A stretch of DNA of 64,000 nt from Octopus bimaculoides. Its lineage: Eukaryota. Location: contig NC_068984.1 in NCBI RefSeq assembly GCF_001194135.2, forward strand, positions 70,999,650-71,063,649, read 5' to 3'. Positions 1 to 11,513 of this stretch are shown piece after piece (within the stretch, counting starts at the first letter, position 1; each line of letters opens with the position of its first letter). The notes below the pieces were generated by a model that saw nothing but the letters and a program-made list of their open reading frames with translations, was not told the origin of the DNA and searched no databases. The position numbers were made by a program, and so were the translations under genes.

Positions 1-229
1 TACCTGATATATACGGATAGCTAGATGGACGAGTGGTCAGTTGGGAGAAGCAGTCAGTGACAGGGGCTGAAATGGACAGAAGGCAGCCAGTGACTGAAAG
101 GGTAGCTCGTAAGAGAGGCAGTCTGTGAGAGAGAGACAGAGAGATGAAACTGTAGCGGCTGGCAGATTGTAGTAGGAGACTGCATTGTTCAGTTTCTGTC
201 GAAGTAGTAGGAGATTTGAAAAATAAAAA

Positions 230-620
230 AAGTAACTTGTTGCGGTAAATGTTTGTTTATATTTTTAAAGAAAGTGTACTTGCGTTGTCAAATGTTTGTT
301 TTTAAAAGAAAAGAGAAAAAAAGAACTCTGTATCGTTAAATGTTGTTAAAAGAAAAGAAAGAAAGAAAAGAACTGTGTTGTTAAAAGAAAGGAAAATAAA
401 AGAAAGAAACAAAAGAACTGTTGCTAAATGACTCTTGCGAATCGAACTTTGTGATGTGAAATGATTGAAAAAAGAGAAACTTTGTAATGTTAAATGTTTG
501 GAAAGAACCTTGTTGTTAAACGATTCTTGAAAAAGAACTTTGTAATGTTAAATGTTTGAGAAGAACTTTGTTGTTAAATGTTAAATGTGTTATTTTAAAA
601 GCAAGAACTATTGTTATTGA
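230..620. repeat. Degenerate A/T-rich minisatellite (units like AAGAACTTTGT(A/T)(A/G)TGTTAAATG)
   Basis: The AAGAACT...TGTTAAA motif recurs. CTTTGTAATGTTAAATGTTTG occurs at 480-500 and 538-558 (58-bp period). Confidence 0.7.
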
Positions 621-2467
621 ATGTTGTTTTGTTTTGCTGTGAAAAAAATTTAGTTTGACTAGGCAAGTTTTGTGTGTGTTATTTCTTTTGTTGTTATCGT
701 TTCGCTGCTCTACAGGCTTCGTGGACTCCTGATTCACTGAGCATCGTCGTCGCACGCGAGTTTTCTCGGAGGTTCGCGTGCGGCGTAACGATATTTATAG
801 AGAATGACATACAAATCATAAGCATATATACAATTCACCCACATACATACTCTCACAGACACACAAATAATTTACCGAAACATCCCCATGAACATTCCTA
901 AATATTCACATACAAACATACATACTGACTCTTACACTAAAAATACAATAAATCTCTTCAAATTCAGCAGCTAACCCAAGCAGTCTCAGATGAATGGGAT
1001 CTGTTGATATCTTGTATCATTAAAGTGTAGAAAGTATGTTTTTTTTTTGAAAGATCATGTAGATTCTTTTAAAAGATTTCGGGATCACCTTTATGAAATA
1101 TTGCAGTATAGAATGTGGCCCTCTTGAGCGCAGAACTCCCTTCAGCATGGGGTCCAACTGGGAGGAATCGGTCCAGTCGGTTTATGGCCGGCAATGATGG
1201 TTACTGCTTAGAAGGTGATAATAAAGGATACTGAATACAGGTATATTTGTTACACAGGAGTGGCAAAGGAAAGGAAGTAAAGTAATATAAAGTTGATGGT
1301 GAGAAAGAAGCAGAATGATTTTAAAAAAAGGGTGATTTTAAAAGGATTAAATATGAAAAGAGCAAATACTCTTATTTGTTATGCAGGAAGCTTGGTACAA
1401 TGATCAGTATAGCTGGTGATAGATGATGAAGGTAACAAAAAGGGCAGTAAGTACAGACTTTAACAGGAGTATACTTATCAGGGAAACTCAATGAAATATT
1501 AGTCACGAAATATTATTAATCACCCTCATAAGTGAGTTTTGCTATGCTGATACTGGAGTGTGTGTCTGCTCTGTGTGGTGTTTTGTAATCAAGCATCCAT
1601 CCTTTGTCATCTCCTTGAGTGATTCAGCTGATCATGATCAATTTTGACCACTTCACACCACGTCTTTCTTAGTTTCTCTCTCTCTCTTTCTCCCCTCCTG
1701 TTTAATTTTTTTTCCATCTTAAGTACTCATCACTTTATACAATTGGCATTCTCCATTTGCATCACATGCTTATTCAAGTGTATCCGACTCTCTGACGTTT
1801 TACATCTAAGCCCTCTTATTACCGAGTTTTCTATTAAATACTTATTAAACATTTTGTGTAATACTCAATAATCTCACCTAAGGTTTCATGAATTAAGAAA
1901 CATTTAACTGGGTCAACCGCATGTTAATGTATGTAACCAATAAAGAAAAAATATGATTTTCACAACTTGATGATTCAATACTAATTTTTAAAAATATTTA
2001 TCGTTATTGAAGCTATCATCATCATCATTATCATCTATTTATGAATAATATTACAGTGTCAGAATTTTAAAATGATATAAAATTACGTTGGAATTCGAAC
2101 TTTACTGAAATTATAAGAATTTGAAAACATTTGACCGTTTTGATAATAGCTGTTTGCAAAGAACTACTGTAAACTTGTTTGAATTCATCATTAAAAAGAA
2201 AAAAATCCAGAATCGCTTTATTTATATCAGTTGTATGCTACATTTCACAAATTCTTTATTTAAGATAGGAAAACATCTTCAGCAATTGCCTATTAGATAT
2301 GTGATTTACTAAGCAATTTTGCAGAGATTTTATGGCCGTTTAGTGTTCTCCAAAGTTAAGTAAAACAGATTGCTGTACATTTGATGTAGATTGTTTTGGT
2401 AGAGTTCATCTCAATACATGTTATATATTTGTAGAAAGAGTTTAAATGGGAACACATACTGATGAGA

Positions 2468-2672
2468 ATTTATTTACATTATTTACATTTGACAGATATT
2501 TGTCCCCGTTTTGTTTATTGTTAGCATAACGTTTCGGCTGATATACCCTCCAGGTTTCATCAGGTGTCTTGGGAGAAATTTCGTGTTAACAACAAACGCG
2601 TATTTTATGTGTGTAAATACCCGTCAAATGTAAATAATGTACATAATTCCTCACCTCTTAAATATAGAAATC
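2468..2672. mobile_element. Head-to-head (inverted) truncated Penelope-like terminal repeat (pLTR) insertion
   Basis: ATTTACATTATTTACATTTGACAGATATTT (about 2472-2501) is the reverse complement of AAATACCCGTCAAATGTAAATAATGTACAT (about 2615-2644) with 3 mismatches. The left arm carries a CTGATGA...CGAAAC motif on the minus strand, typical of PLE terminal repeats. Confidence 0.7.
2523..2568 (-). ncRNA. Degenerate minimal type I hammerhead ribozyme motif
   Basis: Minus strand reads GACAC-CUGAUGA-AACCUG-GAGGGUAUAU-CAGCC-GAAAC-GUU-AUGCU. Both catalytic core boxes are intact and a palindromic AACGUU replaces stem III. Stems I and II carry mismatches. Confidence 0.6.
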
Positions 2673-3162
2673 TACTGATGAGACTGTCATCAACCTTACT
2701 GTGAATGTTATTTGCAATTTGTTCTTCCAATGGAGAACAAATATAGAGTCAAGTGGATTGGACTGGGCCATTTTAACTCTGGACGTTGTACAAACCCCAC
2801 CAGGATTATAGTTATTGAAATGTTGACTACTACATTCTTAAACTGTCAAAGCTTATCTTGATGCACTCCTATTTATCAGAATGAACTTTTGCAAATGTTC
2901 CAGGCTTATGAGAGAAACTCAGTGTAGTTGATTGATTTGTAAACAAATAGCAACTAATTCTCTCTCCAACCACACCTTTCCATCCTAAAAGATGAAAGAC
3001 ATGATGTATCCTAGACATACTACATCTATAAAACAAAATAAAGGATAGCTACAACTGGAACATATTTGATAATAAGTCTGTTTGATCAGAGATGACCTAA
3101 GCTAGATAACAACAACTGAGAATTTTTTTTCTCTTTGTTCCTCTTGGCTCTTTTTGTTTTAG

Positions 3163-3180
3163 ATTTGAGCTAACAGCATG
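3163..3180 (+). other. Candidate 18-nt micro-exon ending in ATG
   Basis: About 40-nt polypyrimidine tract ending ttttgttttAG (3161-3162), exon ATTTGAGCTAACAGCATG, consensus donor GTAAGT at 3181. No partner exon identified. Confidence 0.35.
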
Positions 3181-4830
3181 GTAAGTTATAGCAAGTCTTT
3201 TGATCTGCAACTGTTTTTAGCCAATTTCTTTTCTTTCATAGCTATTTTTCTCTTTTGAACTCAGTTCATTAAGTGTAATATTGTAAAATTTCAAATCAGT
3301 CATTTTTTTTTCTTTATTCACCTTTATCAGATTTTGCTCTTCTGCTTTTCTATTCTCTTAAATAGAAAAATGTAAGCATAAAAACATATTACTTATACAA
3401 ATGATTTCAATGCGTCAAAAATTCGACCTATAATTATTTTTGCTTTGATACAAACGTTGAATAAGAAAAATGCTCAGTAAAAATAAAAATTAAAGAGATT
3501 TAAGTAACATTATAGTAGCTAATTATACAGAAGGTAGATTTTCTTTATAGGAAAACACTACTTGGAGACAATTATAGTAAATTATTATTACATTTTTATG
3601 GCTGACCAACAATTGAACTGCTTGAAATGGAGACCAAATCTTCCACATATATACTTTAGCATGTTAAGAAGGGGTTGGATACAATAGCAATAGAAAACGT
3701 CGTTCTGAATGTACTGTCTGCAGAAAAAAAAAAACTAGACTGACTATGAAGTCTTAAAATGCAAATCTTTTCAATCAAGGCATCACGTGATCACAAAACA
3801 TTTAAAAACAACAAAAGAAATTTCAAAAAGTATTTTTAAGTGTGTTTTTATATATTTAGTTTATGAATAATTAAAGAAGCAAAGGTAGAAAAAAAAGAAT
3901 CAACAATTAATATTAAACTTCTAGTTCTCCAGTAGGCAGGGAAAGCATGGCAGTAGTTTAAGATACAGTTTTACATTTTAACCATTTTCTGACACAGTTT
4001 CTAATAAACTGCAGTATTATTCATCAATGTCATCATTGTCATCATCATCAAGATAGAGCAAAATTAATGGTTGGCACGCGAAGCATTGTTGTGAAATAAA
4101 CGCATTTCTCAATCACCTCAACTCTATGTAATTTTGTTCCAGCCCAGGAGTCATAGTATGCAGTCAGTAGATAATTTCTACTTATGTCTAATAAGGAAGT
4201 GAAAGCTTCCAGTCATTTCATAGTTGTCCCACTTGGCATCTTATTCTGATGAGAGCACACGTAGCTTCAAATTCAAATATTAATCCATAAGGTCACTACA
4301 AAGTGGGCCTAGTGTCTTAAGCATTTTGTCTGAAGTAATAATAACTTTCTATGGCATACCACAGTGAAAATGAACTTTTCACATATTAAATATGTGAATT
4401 GATCGAAGTTTGTTTATTTCACAAAACAGTTTCGACTGTGAACCAAATATTTTGGTCTGGTCTAGTGGTCATAGCACGCAATCAGTTAAGTTCTAAATTC
4501 TTATAAGAATGAAAAATTTGTCATTCATTTTTTTTAGTTGTCTCACATAGTATCTAATACTGATGAGAACGTAAGAAGCATGTCAAAAGGTTTTGCTCTG
4601 GTACACCTTTTGCCAAAAGTGAGAATTCTTTCTTCATGCCAACCCACAAAAAGATGGTCTTTTACATGTCAAATATGTCTGAAACCTATCTGGACCAACA
4701 GAAGATAGAAATGTTTATAAAGCAGATAATCATATGTTCGAAACTTAGTGAGTGAGCAAACTCGCCCTAAAATAACACTTAGGAGATCATATTAAGTAAT
4801 AATGGTGTCCTAGATATATTATAACTGAAG

Positions 4831-5146
4831 GAAAGTGGCTTAGTGGTTAGGGTATGCCGATCGTGATCATAAAGTTGTGAGTTTGATACCTGGCATTGCA
4901 TTATGTCCTTGAGGAAGACACTTTAATTTACGTTGCATCAATCCACTCAGCTGGCAAAATTAAGTAGTATCTGTATTTCGAAGTGACGGCTTTGTCACAC
5001 CCTGTCATGCTAAATCTCCCAAGATCAATGTTAAGGGTACATGTGTCTGTGGAGTGCTCAATCAATTGCATGTTAATTTCGAGAGCAGGTTGTTCTGTTT
5101 ATCGAATCGACTAGAATCCATGATGTCGTAACGGATGGAAGGTCAG
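4831..5146 (+). mobile_element. tRNA-derived SINE (family D) with CORE-like central domain and 12-bp TSD
   Basis: A-box-like GTGGCTTAGTGG and B-box-like GTTTGATACC, then CCTTGAGGAAGACACTT...CCACTCAGCTGGCAAAA. Flanked by TTATAACTGAAG (4819-4830) and TTATAGCTGAAG (5147-5158). Confidence 0.75.
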
Positions 5147-5499
5147 TTATAGCTGAAGAACAAATGGATTAACAACACTAAAATGCCGTTAATCATAGAC
5201 CAATAGGTGAGTGTCAGCATATTAAATACAAAGGTAATTTCAATTCATCACTTCGTGAGCAGGAACGGCAGTGCTCTTGACAATTAATTAGGGATCCAAG
5301 ATTCGTGAAGGGAATGGAGTGGTCCAAATGCATCCAACTCAGAAGACTGTGCTAAAATCATTCAAAGTCGGGTGGGGGGGTAAATTGGGCGAAAGAATTC
5401 GGTTTGTAACGGAAGAAGACTACTGTGATTTGAAATTAGAACATAAAGAGTTGGAACAAAATACCCGAAGATGTCTTGTAGAACACTGTCATTATTCAA

Positions 5500-5650
5500 C
5501 CAGTTCATTGTTCTGGATTGGCACTCTATTATTGACCATGGAAAGATAAAAAGTAAAGTTGGCCTCAGCTGGATTCGAACTCAGCACGGAAGAGCAGGGA
5601 TATATATTGTGACACATTTCGCCCAAGCCTGTGATGACTCCGGCTCTATT
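5500..5650 (-). mobile_element. Degraded SINE, family C
   Basis: GGAAAGATAAAAAGTAAAGTTGGCCTCAGCTGGATTCGAACTCAG resembles the reverse complement of the family C head and body at 8724-8927. Confidence 0.55.
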
Positions 5651-7432
5651 AACTGAAAGAGAATAAAATATGTAGTTAGAAAAGCATTATTTAATAATGA
5701 ATATTATTATAATTATCATAATAATAATTATAATTATTTTCAATTTTCAAGTATGGTTTTACTCTGGTCAGATTTCATGTGAAAGTAATTTGTAGAAAAT
5801 CTGTTATGAAATAAGAAGTATTATTTACAGACTTTAAATTCTCATGCATTATATGTCTTCGTATATAAAATTTTATATGAGCGTAATACTTCAAACTGAA
5901 ATTGTTTAAGGCACCTCAACTTTTTTTTCTTTTTCAAACTGATAGATAGGGTAAGAAAATGCAGCAAATGAACCATTTATCAAAACATCAATGAAAATGA
6001 GATGAGTTTGATTTTAAAGTTCATTAAAATAATATAGTTTTGAAGTCGACGCCATTGCACAAAAAGAAAAAAATCCACAATATTCATATGAAACATATGC
6101 GTGATAAATCCATCATTAAGATTTCAGATACTCAAATAGAAAATTAAGATAAAGACGACATTGTCATCATTTCTTACACCACCAAAGAAATTAGAATGAA
6201 GTATTCGTTAAGTTTACCTTTTCTAAACAAATTAGTCGTAATAAAAATCTTTTTGTAAACTGTCAATTATATTGTGTTTGTGTAAGTGTGTAAATACACA
6301 CACACACACACACACACACGTATGTATGTGTGTATGACAGTGGCACAACAAGACCATAAACAGAGCCGAGATCGGTGAATAGTTTTATATAAAAAATTAT
6401 AAATATTATTACAATAGAATAATACTATTGTATTGTAATAATACTTATAATCTTTTACAGCTTGGGTTATCAGCTGAGTGTATTGGCATTGCTGTAGCAG
6501 ATAATTTTAATTTTGTCAAAGTTAAACCTAAATGACGGAGACTAACTAGATTTGTGATAACAAACATATTCTAGAAAGTTCGAAACTCGAGTACTAGGTA
6601 GTCCATATCTCTGGCATTTCTCCTAGAGGTAAGACGAAATTCTTTTAATGTTCGCTGCCCGCACATATCTTTGCCTCTATACATTCAGTGAAGCTTTACA
6701 TGGTATCGTACGGTTATCGACTGCTATTTTCAGCAAACATTGGTGCCTTGCTGTGCCAATGTTTCCTATTTATAATTCAACCTTTTCGTTGTTTATCGCT
6801 GGAAAATAATACTATTCTATTGTAATAATATTTATAATATATATATANNNNNNNNNNNNNNNNNNNNNNNNNNNNNNNTGTATATATATATATATATATA
6901 TATACATACATAAATCCTTTGATGTTAACAGAAGCTGCAAATGCACCAAAAACAATGCCAAATGAAGATTACAGTGTATAATACAGAGAAGAAATAGAAC
7001 AGCTATTTATTATTACATGATTCTGTCCTCTACCATTAATAAGCAATATATTGGTTCAATTATATATAGTAGAATGATCTTTTCAAACCTAATATAATGG
7101 TGTACATTGGATTTATAACGTCTTTAGAATCATCAGAAACTTCTATGCATTTAGACTAGCTATAAATAGAGGAACTAAAGGGTTAAATCATTCTAGGCAT
7201 ATACTAGTGTTGTTGAAGATTGAAAGAGTTTCCTAATGCTATTAAATTGGCCTTGTATCAAACAACAAAAACAAGTTCTTTGATGTTAGTAATATGGAAT
7301 CCATGCTATGAAAGCGGGAAATGACAAACTTTGTCTTTTATAAAGAAAGAAAAGAAAATATAGGTCTGCAAAAACTCTATATCCAAACTATAATATATTG
7401 AAGAAAAAATCCCTTCCGCTCTCACTATATCT

Positions 7433-7646
7433 CTCTCTTTTACTCTTTTAGTTGTTTCAGTCATTTGACTGCGGCCATGCTGGAGCACCGGCTTTAGTCG
7501 AGCAAATCGACCCTAGGACTTATTCTGTGTAAGCCTAGTATTTTTTCTATCGGCTTCTATTGCCAAACCGCTAAGTTACGGGGACATAAACACACCAGCA
7601 TCGGTTGTTAAGCGATGTTGGGGGAACAAATACAGACACACAAATA
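7433..7646 (-). mobile_element. Octopus-type SINE, family A, 3' half (head lost in gap)
   Basis: GTTTCAGTCATTTGACTGCGGCCATGCTGGAGCACC...CGCTAAGTTACGGGGAC matches the other family A copies at 57985-58165 and 59195-59550. Runs into the N-gap at 7647. Confidence 0.85.
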
Positions 7647-8537
7647 NNNNNNNNNNNNNNNNNNNNNNNNNNNNNNNNNNNNNNNNNNNNNNNNNNNNNN
7701 NNNNNNNNNNNNNNNNNNNNNNNNNNNNNNNNNNNNNNNNNNNNNNNNNNNNNNNNNNNNNNNNNNNNNNNNNNNNNNNNNNNNNNNNNNNNNNNNNNNN
7801 NNNNNNNNNNNNNNNNNNNNNNNNNNNNNNNNNNNNNNNNNNNNNNNNNNNNNNNNNNNNNNNNNNNNNNNNNNNNNNNNNNNNNNNNNNNNNNNNNNNN
7901 NNNNNNNNNNNNNNNNNNNNNNNNNNNNNNNNNNNNNNNNNNNNNNNNNNNNNNNNNNATATACACACATGTATATGTGTATATCTATATGCATGTGTAT
8001 ACATATACACATATATAGATCGATATATATGCATTTATGTAGGAATATATGTATATGAGTGTATGTATGTATATACTCTCTCAAACACACACAAACACAC
8101 GCATAAATACAAATATAATGCCACACATTAACGCTTCGTCGATAGATTACTTCTATACGTAATTCTGTCTGGCTAATTCTTCTAGCTGGTATGGTGGAAG
8201 TTGCCACATTTATGAAGTTATTAACACAGCTATATTGCTTACAACAGTCAACGAGAGAAAGGAAAGGATAGGTATTCACAGAAACTTGGAGATATTAAAG
8301 TCTTTAAAGATGATCGTTTGTGTGTTCGTGCAGAGAAAAGTGTAGATATGTAAGACTTTGAAATTATTTTGAGCGAAATTTAAAATATCTATATGAAATT
8401 GTTGATGCTCCAGTTATTGAGAGTTATTTTTCAGTTGTCCAGCTGGGTTGTATTAGTATTTCTACGTCTCCAGCTGCTGACTGGTCAGAGCAACGAAGAA
8501 CACGTGTAGTCGCCGTCAAGGCTAGCGCTCTTCTATA

Positions 8538-8927
<390 letters not shown>

Positions 8928-8944
8928 TTGTTGTTATTATTATT

Positions 8945-9036
8945 ATTATTCAGTAGTTTTATTTTTATAGCGTGCTTTCACTTCACTACCGAGCACAGCT
9001 CTGTGTGCCTTGGGTATGTGCTGTGGTTTGCTGTGA
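8945..9036 (-). mobile_element. Short LINE 3'-tail fragment embedded in TTA/TTG microsatellite
   Basis: About 90 bp of unique sequence (CAGTAGTTTTATTTTTATAGCGTGCTTTCACTTCACTACCGAGC...) bounded by (TTA)n on both sides. Recalled as the 3' UTR of an octopus R4-like LINE family. Confidence 0.5.
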
Positions 9037-9054
9037 TTATTATTATTGCTGTTG

Positions 9055-9089
<35 letters not shown>

Positions 9090-9289
9090 ATTATTATTAT
9101 TGTTGTTGTTGTTGTTGTTGTTGTTGTTATCATTTTAAAAAGGACTGATGTTACTACTCACAAAGGTAAACAGTCAAGACGAAGAGCCTGATTCCATTGT
9201 AATTGATATTTTATTGGCTGAAGGATATTTCAACAGTAAGTCTGTATTTGTCAAGTTCAAAATAAGAAGTGATAAAATTTCAAAGTTAT

Positions 9290-9531
9290 AGAAATTTAAA
9301 TGTAAAGTATAAACGAGAGCAACCGGCGTCCAATCATTGATGGAATGACATCATCAGTTTTTAAGTTTCAATTTTATAAAAGGCGAAAAGGAAAAGACAG
9401 TAAAAAGAAGTGTCTTTTTTCTGTCTTTTTCTTTTCGCCTGTTATAAAACTGAAACTTAAAAACTGGTGATGTCTTTCCATCAACGTGTGGACGCTGGTT
9501 GGTCTCGTTCATACTTTACATTTAAATTTCT
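9290..9531. mobile_element. 242-bp near-perfect foldback palindrome (MITE-like)
   Basis: The arm 9290-9410 (AGAAATTTAAATGTAAAGTAT...) is the reverse complement of 9411-9531 with roughly 10-15 mismatches and essentially no spacer. Confidence 0.85.
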
Positions 9532-9533
9532 TT

Positions 9534-9620
<87 letters not shown>

Positions 9621-9640
9621 TATTATTATTATTATTATTT
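9534..9640. repeat. (TAA)n-(TTA)n microsatellite
   Basis: Read directly from the sequence. Confidence 0.95.
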
Positions 9641-10603
9641 AAGGAGGTGATCTGGCTGAATCATGCATTAATACTTTTAATTTAGCATTTTTAGCTTACT
9701 TTATAATGAAACATATTTTTTTCGTCCTTGCCTGAAATCATTTAAAATTCCCTTCGAATTTTATTCTCTAGTTCTTCAATGATAATTCCTGTCATTTTTT
9801 AAAATCGAGTTACTTTCTCTCTTTAATTATCTCTTTATTTTATTTCAAAATTTAAAATTTATCGTGGTATTCTGAGTGCATAGGTTTGCTTTTTTTATGC
9901 CTTGCAAGAATATTTAGTATTTCCTCTTATCATTTACCCTGAATGGAGCTTAATCTATTTCTATCTAATTACTATCAGTAATTTTAATTAACATACGCGT
10001 GAACACAAATTTTTATTTACAAACAATAAATTTATCGTATATTTTATCGTCACCAGATACTGTTGGCATTTTATTTTGCAGACATTTTCTCCTTGCACCA
10101 TTAACTCACTCATTTGTTAATTCATGTTACTTAGGTTCTTTTACAACAACTTTGTGAAACATATGTAACTAAATATTTTTAAACTAGTGAATTAAACTTC
10201 GGGCCTAATAATTCTATTAAAGCTCAGTTGGCATGAACAGAGAAATAGAATTGTCCCTTAACAAGGAACTTAGATATTTCTCATCGATTTAACACAAATT
10301 AGGAAGTCAGGTTTTTCCTCACAATCCACACTAAATGCTTTCTGTCAAACCTCTTTCTAGACAAGCAATGAATTTGTTATTTTTACCTTCCACATACTGA
10401 TTCTAAATGACTCTTTTGTCAATCTTTCACTCTCTCATTCGCATATTGTCTGCCTCTTCAGTCAACACACTGATTTATTGATAACATGTTGCTTTTATCC
10501 ATTTGTTTGAATAAGTCCAATTTGGGATGAATCAGGTAACTGTAGTATCCATATATACGAATGCAGTTTCCCGTTCATTTTCTAACCGTTGCATAAACAT
10601 ACA

Positions 10604-10824
10604 CACAAGGAAGTGCTGAAAAGTTATTGGTTTTAAGGATATTGCAAAAGGCCTTGTTGGAGGCCTAGCCTTCTGAGCTCTTTTACAGGACTTAGAGAAA
10701 CAAGACGACCGCAGCAATAAGTGTGTGAGTCTGAGAAGGGAATATGTTGAATAAAATCATAATTAACTGATCCTCCTATATTTTAATTTACCCAAAGTAA
10801 GGAAGTTTTCAGCAGCCCCTCGTA
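10604..10824 (+). mobile_element. Mariner-derived non-autonomous element (MITE)
   Basis: Imperfect TIRs ACAAGGAAGTGCTGAAAAGTT and AAGTTTTCAGCAGCCCCTCGTA. The interior encodes the mariner C-terminal motif NKCVSLRREYVE-stop. Confidence 0.7.
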
Positions 10825-11480
10825 TGTTTGTATGTATGTATATACAAATGGACGGAGCATAGTCAAATAATGACAAAGCTATCTTCGCAATCCCGAGGTC
10901 TTTGGTTGGATAGCGTTATGTGAATGTTCGAGCAAGTACATTTTACAATCATCTGATCTGATTCCAACCGAGAGGTTTTAAGTAAAATTCGTTGATGGAC
11001 ACTGCCGGTGGATTTTAAATGTAAATCAAAGTTCCAGACTTGCTACATTGTGACTCATTTATTCAAACTGAAGATAAAAACAAATGAACTCGTGACTGCT
11101 GAATATTCGGTATCTGATACGTTAGTTAATTAAGTGACTATTGAAACGGTGGGAGAGCCATTATGCATGTTTCTTTTTTAATTATTTGAATTTTTCCCAT
11201 AAGAAAGTAAATGGAAGAAAGGTAATTTGGCTACTTTGGCTGTACAACTTGAACAAAACCTCTCCTTCGACCAGCAAATATTCAAAGAAGAAAAGTGAAA
11301 TAATCTTTTGAAAAATGATGGTGCCTACTTACTTCTGAGATGTCTGTGTAGACTAGAACTGTACCCAATTTGCTGCATTGCCAATAGAGAAAGAAATTAA
11401 TTATAAAGTGGTGTTTCCACTCTTTTGTCCACGCCCTAAAGATACCTACATAGTTGCATATATGAAAACACACACACACA

Positions 11481-11513
<33 letters not shown>

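Noticed and set aside
900-1800. Purine-skewed region that may be a decayed retroelement
   Set aside because: I could not identify any RT or endonuclease motif with confidence.
4240-4285. CTGATGA-GAGC-loop-GCTT-CAAA, hammerhead-like
   Set aside because: The GAAA box is absent (CAAA), there is no stem I or III, and no PLE context.
11204-11372. Micro-exon candidates at 11204-11221 (+) and 11333-11372 (-)
   Set aside because: The splice motifs are plausible, but such matches occur by chance in AT-rich DNA; they are on opposite strands with no recognisable peptide.
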